Shown one piece after another: positions 24,589-33,100 of a stretch of DNA of 64,000 bases. The notes under the pieces were generated by a model, which saw only the letters and a list, made by a program, of their open reading frames with translations, was not told the origin of the DNA and searched no databases. The position numbers and the translations under genes were made by a program. Source of the DNA: an uncultured cyanobacterium (lineage in GTDB: Bacteria > Cyanobacteriota > Cyanobacteriia > Cyanobacteriales > CAWCAG01); the NCBI GenBank assembly GCA_963803805.1, contig CAWDOD010000011.1, forward strand, positions 704,001 through 768,000, written 5' to 3'. Every line of letters starts with the position of its first letter. Within the stretch, counting starts at the first letter, position 1.

Positions 24589-25557
24589 TCATGCTTTGTA
24601 ATACTTGCTGCTAAATCCTACTGACAGTGGTGCGCCATCATACTGACAAGATACACCTATCTTCAATTTTCTTTTGTGGTCATAGTAAGTATGAAAGTGT
24701 GTCTGTTTACGGACTAGTTCTAGTTCAGATGGATTTATGCTTAAGACTCCTAAAATTGCCTCCGAATCAAATGGCAGACTCTGACTCCAAGGCGCAGTCT
24801 TTTTTAGTTCAATATCTACATAGCTAATAAAATTTCCTTCTGCTTCTAACAGCATATGAGCTTGCTCGGAGTCGACAATAATGTTACCTACTTGATTAGG
24901 TTTACATCCGACGACTCTTGCTACATCTGCAATAGACATTCCAATATACTGAAAAGGACGGTGGAAGGGTGTGCTTAATATATGTAATCCAGAACCGATA
25001 GCTCTATGTATAGCACCTGCAAGTGTTAATGTACCAAGATAATCACCATTTTGAGGCATAGCAGATGCCTGTGAATTGACGATTGAAACTAGTTTAGGGG
25101 GTAAGGTGTTTGTATCTTGCTCAAAAATATTTTGAACAGGAACTGAAATTGAAACAGTTCGTTGTCCTTGCCACTCTTTACTGAGTGAACTAAGAAAATC
25201 TTGCGGAAAAGACCAATAAAATAGCTTCTTTTGACAATCAGCAATGATTAGAAATGTTGGATTTGACTGAAGTAACCAATAATTGAGAGTTTTTACTTCA
25301 ATGGGAACTTTAATTGAATTACTTTCTAATTCAGTTTCTTCCTTACCTTTGCATTGAATATTAAACAGCTTTCCAGTTGGATGTTCTTCTTGCATAACTT
25401 CACAGATGAAGTCAATACCAAAGTCTTTATCTTGAGGAACAGGAATAACATTACAAAATTTTGTAAAAACAGAACTGAAAAGTTCAGCAGCAGTTACACC
25501 GATCCTTTGAGATTTAGTACGTTTAGGTAACTTAGCCATCACAATACTTGATCGCAA
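24589..25557 (-). CDS. DUF4365-type PD-(D/E)XK nuclease with an unassigned C-terminal domain
   Basis: DFGIDFICE...FNIQCKG...TLNYW...LFYW. Confidence 0.8.
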   Translation of the reverse strand: MRSSIVMAKLPKRTKSQRIGVTAAELFSSVFTKFCNVIPVPQDKDFGIDFICEVMQEEHPTGKLFNIQCKGKEETELESNSIKVPIEVKTLNYWLLQSNPTFLIIADCQKKLFYWSFPQDFLSSLSKEWQGQRTVSISVPVQNIFEQDTNTLPPKLVSIVNSQASAMPQNGDYLGTLTLAGAIHRAIGSGLHILSTPFHRPFQYIGMSIADVARVVGCKPNQVGNIIVDSEQAHMLLEAEGNFISYVDIELKKTAPWSQSLPFDSEAILGVLSINPSELELVRKQTHFHTYYDHKRKLKIGVSCQYDGAPLSVGFSSKYYKA

Positions 25558-25620
25558 TCTTCTTTACCTTAAATATTCTAAACTAGATAAAGCCAGCACC
25601 AAATCAAAGAGGAAACCAAC

Positions 25621-28251
25621 GTGGTAGTTGCAATCGAGGAAATTTTAACCCCGGAAATTAATAAACCGGCGCGTTACCTGGGTAATGAATTAGGTGCAGT
25701 ACGCAAACCTTGGGCTGATGCCCAGGTGCGTTGGGTTTTGACTTATCCAGAAATATATGAAGTGGGGGCCTCTAATTTAGGGCATATCATCCTTTACAAC
25801 GTTTTGAATGCCCAACCTCAACAACTATGCGATCGCTCCTATTTACCTGCCCCTGATTTAGCAGCGAAGTTAAGAGAGACACAAACTCCTTTATTTGCCT
25901 TAGAATCTCGCCGTTCCCTCGTAGATTTTGATATCTTAGGTTTTAGTCTTAGTTATGAGTTGGGGGCAACTAATATCCTGGAGATGTTGGATTTAGCTGG
26001 TATTCCCCTTACTTGGCGAGAAAGGGAAGCAGGAGATTATCCCCTCATTTTCGCTGGGGGGCAAACCGCCACATCTAACCCTGAACCCTATGCTGACTTT
26101 TTCGATTTTGTGGCATTAGGGGATGGAGAAGAGTTACTACCGGAAATTGGTTTAGTGATTCAAGAAGCTAAAGTTGCTGGTTTAAGCAAAGAAGAATTAC
26201 TTTTAGATTTAGCACAAGTTCCTGGGGTTTATGTACCTCGCTTTTACAATGCAGCAGCAGATGGTTCAGTACATCCCAACCATCCAGACGTACCAAAGCG
26301 AATATTGCGCCGGGTAGCTACCCCTATTCCTGCTTATTCTATCGGTTTGGTTCCCTACGTTCAAACCGTTCATGATCGCTTAACCGTAGAAATAAGAAGG
26401 GGTTGCACCCGTGGTTGTCGCTTTTGTCAACCGGGAATGCTAACTCGCCCTGCTACGGATGTAGAACCAGCTAAGGTGGTGGATGCCATTGAAAAAGGAA
26501 TGCAAGCTACTGGTTATAATGAGTTTTCCCTCCTTTCTTTAAGTTGTTCTGACTATCTTTCCTTACCTGCTGTAGGCATGGAAGTGAGGAATCGCCTCAA
26601 AGATGAGAATATTTCCCTTTCCCTTCCTAGTCAAAGGGTTGATCGCTTTGATGAAAACATTGCTAAAATTATCGGTGGTACTCGCAAATCCGGGTTAACC
26701 TTTGCCCCGGAAGCAGGAACCCAACGACTACGGGATGTGATTAACAAAGGACTTACCAATGAAGAACTATTGCGGGGGGTAAAAACCGCTTTTGAACAGG
26801 GTTGGGACAAAATCAAACTCTACTTTATGATTGGTTTGCCAGGGGAAACCGATGCCGATGTTATTGGTATAGCCGAAACTATTCGCTGGTTGCGTCAAGA
26901 ATGTCGCCTCAAAGGTAGAAAAAGATTAGATTTTAATATCACCATCTCCAACTTCACCCCGAAACCCCATACACCCTTTCAATGGCACTCGGTATCAACC
27001 TCAGAATTTAGCCGCAAGCAACAGTTACTCAAAGCAGAATTTCGTCATCTTAAAGGAGTTAAGGTTAACTATACAGACACCCGCATCTCTGCAATGGAAG
27101 ACTTTGTGGGGAGGGGCGATCGCAACCTTGCTGCGGTGATAAAAAGGGCTTGGGAATTGGGGGCGGGGATGGACTCTTGGTGGGAAAACCTAGACAAAGC
27201 CTTTCAAGCTTGGGAAAAGGCGATCGCAGATGCAGGTTTAACCTGGAAATACCGCCAGGTGACAGAGGGGGAGTGGAATGTCATGGAAAGTGATAACGAG
27301 GAAGTGGCAAGTAAAGGTCGTCGCCAGGAGTATAATTGGGATGAAAGGTTAAACATAAGATTACCTTGGGATCATTTAGATACAGGTATTGATAAAGAGT
27401 GGCTTAAAGCTGACTTACAACGGGCTTTAGAAGCAACTATTGTACCTGATTGTTCTTATGAAGGTTGTTCTCAATGTGGCATCTGTGGTACAGATTTTGG
27501 TCATAATATTGTCGCGGAAGTGCCGCCGATTCCGGAATTTGATGGAGAATTTAAACCTAATCAAAAGCGGGTACAAAGGTTAAGAATTTGGTTTGGTAAA
27601 CAGGGGGAAATGGCATTAGTTAGTCATTTAGATTTAGTACGGCTATTTGATCGGGCTATACGTCGTGCTTCTCTGCCCATTTCCTTTACCGGAGGCTACC
27701 ATCCAGGGCCAAGAATTTCTATTGCTAGTGCTTTATCATTAGGGGCAACTAGTAGCGGGGAAATTGTGGATTTTGAATTAACTGAAGCCATGGATATTAA
27801 GACTTTCCAGTCAAGATTAGCGGCTCAGTTACCTAAAGATATTACCATTTTTCGTAGTGAAGAAATTGCTATCAAGTCCCTTTCAGCTAATCGTTTATTA
27901 GAAAAAGCAGAGTATTTTCTTACCATTGCAACGACAGAAACAGTATCTCTAGAAACCTGGCAACAATGGTTAGATGAAATTAAACAAAGTCAAGAAATTA
28001 GCTGGGAGAAACTTACTAAATCCGGCAAGAAGAAAGTAATTAATTTGCGCGCTCGCCTTTTTGAATTAGAGTTAATGTCTCAATCTCCAGAAAATCGTCA
28101 AGTGCAACTACGTTACATTGGTAGCTATCGTAACGACGGCACTCTTTTACAGCCAGAACATTTTATCTATATGTTAGAAGCAGTCACAAAGCAAGAGTTT
28201 CAACTTTTAAAGGTTCATCGCCAGCAATTGATATTAGCCCAAGAATGTTGA
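25621..28251 (+). CDS. B12-binding radical SAM protein (TIGR03960) fused to a TIGR03936/DUF2344 domain
   Basis: KPARYLGNE, RGCTRGCRFC, C-terminal SHLDL...FTGGYHPGPRI. Confidence 0.92.
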   Translation: MVVAIEEILTPEINKPARYLGNELGAVRKPWADAQVRWVLTYPEIYEVGASNLGHIILYNVLNAQPQQLCDRSYLPAPDLAAKLRETQTPLFALESRRSLVDFDILGFSLSYELGATNILEMLDLAGIPLTWREREAGDYPLIFAGGQTATSNPEPYADFFDFVALGDGEELLPEIGLVIQEAKVAGLSKEELLLDLAQVPGVYVPRFYNAAADGSVHPNHPDVPKRILRRVATPIPAYSIGLVPYVQTVHDRLTVEIRRGCTRGCRFCQPGMLTRPATDVEPAKVVDAIEKGMQATGYNEFSLLSLSCSDYLSLPAVGMEVRNRLKDENISLSLPSQRVDRFDENIAKIIGGTRKSGLTFAPEAGTQRLRDVINKGLTNEELLRGVKTAFEQGWDKIKLYFMIGLPGETDADVIGIAETIRWLRQECRLKGRKRLDFNITISNFTPKPHTPFQWHSVSTSEFSRKQQLLKAEFRHLKGVKVNYTDTRISAMEDFVGRGDRNLAAVIKRAWELGAGMDSWWENLDKAFQAWEKAIADAGLTWKYRQVTEGEWNVMESDNEEVASKGRRQEYNWDERLNIRLPWDHLDTGIDKEWLKADLQRALEATIVPDCSYEGCSQCGICGTDFGHNIVAEVPPIPEFDGEFKPNQKRVQRLRIWFGKQGEMALVSHLDLVRLFDRAIRRASLPISFTGGYHPGPRISIASALSLGATSSGEIVDFELTEAMDIKTFQSRLAAQLPKDITIFRSEEIAIKSLSANRLLEKAEYFLTIATTETVSLETWQQWLDEIKQSQEISWEKLTKSGKKKVINLRARLFELELMSQSPENRQVQLRYIGSYRNDGTLLQPEHFIYMLEAVTKQEFQLLKVHRQQLILAQEC

Positions 28252-28495
28252 ATTGCTCTTTTATTGCTTGTTGTTGGGCTGTCCTTTACCGGTTTTTACT
28301 ATGAGGTTGATAGGAGCGAATTATTTTTGCACTTTTAAGGTTGCGATCGCGAGAGATTAATCTTGCAACAAACCATCTCTTAATTTAATCAGGACGCACT
28401 AACTAAGTAATAGGTGGTAATTAATGATATTATGCTCAAGTGTTATTAGCAATTAACTAGAAAAAACTCATTTGTGCAGTTATCAGGAATTAAAG

Positions 28496-29065
28496 ATGTC
28501 TACAATTAGAAACAGGGGTAGAATTAAAGTTAGAAAATCTTTAAGAAAGCCTAACAACAAAATTATTTTAACTCCTGAAGGGGTTGACTTATTAACACAA
28601 ATAGCCACTAATTATCATCTATCTAAGTCTGAATTGGTTGAGTACTTAGCTAGAGGTTCTCTTGCTGTGGTTAATCCGGCTGCGAAACTAACCATTAATT
28701 TGGGAGAATCGAATCAGGTTATACAAAAAGAGACGGTGTCTTCAGAAACTAATGAGCTATTAGAAAAGCGTTTAGAAGAGAAAGATGAGCAAATTCGGGA
28801 ATTGCAGCAGCACCAAAACTATCAAGAAATAAAAAGTGATTCTTGCCTACAACTCAAAATTGAGGAGTTAGAGCAAGAAGTCCTTATTAAACAAGAGCAA
28901 ATAGAAAAGCTAGAGAAGGAATTTTCTCAGCTAGAAGCTGAAGAAGAAGAGATAATTAAACCAGAAATAGATTGGTTAGCTATAACGGCTCTGTTACTAG
29001 CTTTAACGATGATCTTGGCTCTATTTATAAGCCATTATTACTTTGGTGCTATTACTCCAAGCTAA
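28496..29065 (+). CDS. RHH-like domain, coiled coil and C-terminal transmembrane helix
   Basis: IILTPEGVDLL...LSKSELVEYLARG; E/Q/K-rich heptads; WLAITALLLALTMILALFI; ATG 28496 with AGGA upstream. Confidence 0.65.
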   Translation: MSTIRNRGRIKVRKSLRKPNNKIILTPEGVDLLTQIATNYHLSKSELVEYLARGSLAVVNPAAKLTINLGESNQVIQKETVSSETNELLEKRLEEKDEQIRELQQHQNYQEIKSDSCLQLKIEELEQEVLIKQEQIEKLEKEFSQLEAEEEEIIKPEIDWLAITALLLALTMILALFISHYYFGAITPS

Positions 29066-29072
29066 CAAAAGG

Positions 29073-29116
29073 TGGTGAATTTTGAGTTAGCATTCAGCTA
29101 AACTCAAAATTCACCA
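29073..29116. terminator. Long hairpin between convergent genes
   Basis: TGGTGAATTTTGAGTT/AACTCAAAATTCACCA arms. Confidence 0.7.
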
Positions 29117-29133
29117 AAGAAAAATATTATTAA

Positions 29134-29251
29134 TTAGAGAACTCCAATAAATAAAATATCCTCGCCAAGTATAAGATTTTAGCAACTAGCAACTAGCAAC
29201 TAGCCATTAGCTTATCGCTTTTGGATAAGTCTTTTTTTGGCTCTCTCTTAC
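29134..29251 (+). mobile_element. 118-bp MITE-like element, copy 1
   Basis: Matches the reverse complement of 35057-35174 with 4 mismatches by hand alignment; imperfect terminal repeats; internal (TAGCAAC)x3. Confidence 0.85.
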
Positions 29252-29952
29252 TTAACTGTCGGAGTCAATAGGGTTACTTTACTACTATCAACCATAATTG
29301 TCCAAAAACCGCGATCGCTTAAATTTTTCAACATAGCATTTGCTTCACTTTCGCTAGTAGTATGAATAGCAATCAAATAAGGGCGAGCTAGGTAAGAAAC
29401 TAAACCGATTTCTTTACTTAATAGCTGTTGTAATTGGTTTGCTATTTCCGGCTGATTTACGTAGTCGATTAAAATAGCATAACCTGTACCTAAAGCTTGA
29501 GGATTATAGCTAGGAAGATTATTAGTTTGAGGAAGAGCTACAGAGATGGTTTCCGAAGTGTTAGGTAGCCCTTGAGTAATTATAGGAGGAGGTTCAGAAA
29601 CCACTTCTAAAGGTAGTGTTTGAGAACTTTCTACAATCACTGCCGTTAAATCTAAGTTTTCTTGAAAGTATTGCCCCCATTCCTCGGCATCTTCCCGGTT
29701 AATAAAACTACCAATATGAGTAACACTCTTGCCTAAATAGTCACAAAAAGAAACTTCTATATCATTAGGTATAGCTTGAAGAACTTTTGCCCTTTTATCC
29801 TCAGTTTCTGTAACTATTAGCAATACATATTCATTATTTTCAGGAACAACACAACTCAACAAAGTAGATTGAGCTACCGAAGGAGTAGCTAGAGTAACAG
29901 GTAATAGGTAACAGGTAATAGGTAATAGGTAATAGGTAATATTAGTTCGCAC
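29248..29952 (-). CDS. Exported hypothetical protein with two SPOR-like repeats
   Basis: Signal peptide ending SVA-Q; repeated beta-alpha units (HIGSFINREDAEEW, IHTTSESEANAML). Confidence 0.65.
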   Translation of the reverse strand: MRTNITYYLLPITCYLLPVTLATPSVAQSTLLSCVVPENNEYVLLIVTETEDKRAKVLQAIPNDIEVSFCDYLGKSVTHIGSFINREDAEEWGQYFQENLDLTAVIVESSQTLPLEVVSEPPPIITQGLPNTSETISVALPQTNNLPSYNPQALGTGYAILIDYVNQPEIANQLQQLLSKEIGLVSYLARPYLIAIHTTSESEANAMLKNLSDRGFWTIMVDSSKVTLLTPTVK

Positions 29953-30122
29953 AGTTATTTCATGGGGTTGGGTGGGGTAAACTAAATTAGCAGATAAGCC
30001 ACTATTACGAATAGTTAACTCGACCTATGGCTAGGCTTTTATGTCCTGAAGGAACTTAAGGAGCCATATATTCCGTCAATATTCAGTAACACTCGTTACT
30101 AAGTTAAGCTGGAATAAAGCAG

Positions 30123-33100
30123 GTGCGCTTCAAGGAAAAAGCTATGGTAGTTCCTATTTCAATTGTTATTACTACTTATAATCGAGAAAAGTTTCTCGGA
30201 TTTGCCATAGAGAGTATTTTAAGGCAAACCTGGCTAGATTTCGAGCTATTGATTTGGGATGATGGTTCTACCGATAATTCCCTGGCTGTTGCTCAAAACT
30301 ATGCCCAAGAAGATCAACGAATTCGGGTAATTGCCGCAGAACATCAAGGTAGAATACTCGCTTTAAAAGGTGCGATCGCCCAAACTCAGGGGCAATATCT
30401 AGCTTGGGTAGATAGTGATGATCTTCTTGCACCGACGGCTTTAGAAGAGACTTTAGTTGTCTTAGAAGCTAATTCTGACACAGGTATGGTGTATACCGAT
30501 TATTGGGATCTTCATGACAATGGTAAAGTACTTGGTTATGGTCAGCGAACTAAGGTTGCTTATTCTCCTCATCAACTGCTAACTAATTTTATGACCTTTC
30601 ACTTCCGGTTGATACGTCGTACTGTTTTTGAGGAAGTGGGAGGTATTGATAGCCAATCTTTATATACAGAAGATTATGATCTTTGTTTACGGCTTTCTGA
30701 AGCAACAGAAATTAAACATTTAGCCAAACCTCTCTATTATTATCGCAGCAACCCAGAGAGCTTTTCTTACCAAAAAAGAGCCGAACAAATTTATGCTAGC
30801 TATGGGGCAACTTTAAGGGCATTAAAACGAAGAGGACTTAGCGATCGCTACGAGGCAGTTGTTAAAACCAAAGGTTTTGGTTGCAAGATGGAAGCTTGGT
30901 TAGGTTTACGCCCTCTCAAAAATCTTGCAACGAGGTTTTTAAATTTACCCATCAAGTTTTTAAAAACTAATGCAGGTTTGAGTTTTTTCCCCACCTTAGT
31001 CACAACTCTATGTTTAATCCCTACCTTAAACGCCCAGGCACAAACCATTAATTCCGCCAGTGATGGTACAGGAACTATTGTTAACCAAACTGGCAATCAG
31101 TTTAATATCCAAGGGGGAAGCTTATCAGGAAATGGGGGCAATCTATTTCACAGTTTCCAAGACTTTGGGCTTTCTGCATCCCAAACTGCCAACTTCCTTT
31201 CTCAACCTGGCATTAATAATATTTTAGGTCGAGTTGTCGGGGGCAATGCTTCGGTAATTAATGGCTTAATTCAAATAACAGGAAGCAATGCCAACCTCTT
31301 TTTAATGAATCCCGCAGGTATGGTTTTTGGTAGCAATGCCCAATTAAATATTCCTGGTTCCTTTACCGCTACCACCGCTACAGGTATAGGTTTTGAAGGA
31401 GGAACTTTTAACAGCGTCGGCACAAGCGATTATAACTCTTTAGTAGGTAATCCTAATGCTTTTGTCTTCAACAGCTTACAACCGGGGGCAATTATTAATG
31501 CAGGGGATTTAGCCGTTACAACGGGTAACAACCTTTCCTTGATTGGCGGTACTGTTGCTAGTACAGGAACATTACAAGCCCAGGGGGGTAACATTACCAT
31601 TAGTGCTGTACCCGGAAGTACTAGGGTAAGAATTAACCAAGCTGGACATATTTTAAGCTTAGAAATTGAACCACCTACTAACGCTCAAGGTGATCCTCTG
31701 CCCATTGTCCCTTTAATGTTACCGGAATTGTTAACAGGAAGTGATGTGGGGGATACAGGCTTAGAAGTTAACCCTCAAGGAGAAGCACGCTTAAGAAACT
31801 CTGACACTACCGTAGGAGTAGGAGACGTGGCAGCAAATCAGTTAACCGCAGAAAGTGCCACCTTAACAGCAGCGAGTAACTTAACTTTAGTTGAAAGCAA
31901 CTTACAAACTACAGGGGATTTAAACCTCAAAGCAAAAGATACTGTTTATGCGAGGGATAGCGCCAACGCGCCTTTACAAATAAAAGCAGGGGGCAATCTC
32001 TACATTCAAGGGGACAAAGGTATTGATATTTTGGCTTTGCAACATACCCAAACTCCTTTTGTTAGCGGTGGCAACTTAAGCTTAGTTAGTGACGGCATTA
32101 TTTCTGGGGATGCCCATTATCTCAGTGGCGGCAATTTCTCCATCCTTAACTTACAAGGAGATGGAGGCAACTTTGTTAGTTTTTATGACCCCATCATTAG
32201 TTCTACAGGGGATGTTACCTTTGGTAATTATACAGGGGTTTCTTTAAAAGTAGAAACTTTGGGCAGTATTAACGGTGGCAACATTATCATCAACGGAGCA
32301 GATACTCCCGGTGCTATACCGACAAGCGATCCTCACTTCACTGTCCTAACTACAGGTAACGGTGGGTTAGTTTTGCAAGCAGGAAAAACTAGCTTAGATA
32401 ATACAGCTAATACACCCCAAACTACAGGAGGAACTACTTTTAATGGTTCCGGGACTCCTACCACTGGAAGTATCAATGTAGGGGATATTGATGTCGGTTT
32501 TGATGGCTTTACCCATTACGGTGGCCCTGTGATTATTGAAGCCACTGGTAACGTGCAAACGGGAAATATTAGTACTTTTAATAACGATGATTTTGTAGTA
32601 GGCAGCGATCTCAGGGGAGATATTACTATCACAACAACAGGTAATATTACCACAGGAGCAATCGATTCTTCTACAAACCTTAATTTTCCTAGCAATGATC
32701 AAAGTTTTGGTGGTGATATAAATTTAATCGCAGGAGGTCAAATCACCACAGGAGACATTAATTCCTCTGCTGTAACAGAAACCTTTGGAGGCGCAGAAGC
32801 AACTGGTGGTAATGTTACTTTAACTGCAGGAACAACGCTCACCACGGGAACAATTAATGCTTCAGCATTAGCACAAGAAAATGATGGCGGTGGCCCTACC
32901 TTAGCAAGAGGGGGAAATGTTATTTTAACAGGTGGTTCAACTCCTGGTAGCAATATTATTTTTGGTGGTATCGATACTACTGCTATTGGAATACTTGGTC
33001 TTGGCAGCAATCAAGGTTTTGGGGGTCAAGTTACTGTCACAGCTAGCAACGGCACTGTAAGAGGTCTTCTCGGTGGCAACACCGTTGCTACTGGGGGTAC

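Noticed and set aside
25621-28251. Radical SAM two-domain fusion as a novelty
   Set aside because: The fused TIGR03960/TIGR03936 form is usual in cyanobacteria; no precursor peptide gene seen nearby
29952-29963. Upstream ATG that would be in frame if one A were added (MKITVRT...)
   Set aside because: Could be another indel, but the GTG start already gives a plausible leader; undecidable without reads
30841-30848. HIP1 near the GT2/TPS boundary as a fusion junction
   Set aside because: It lies within the end of the GT2 domain (RRGLSDRYE), and HIP1 occurs every few kb; no independent evidence
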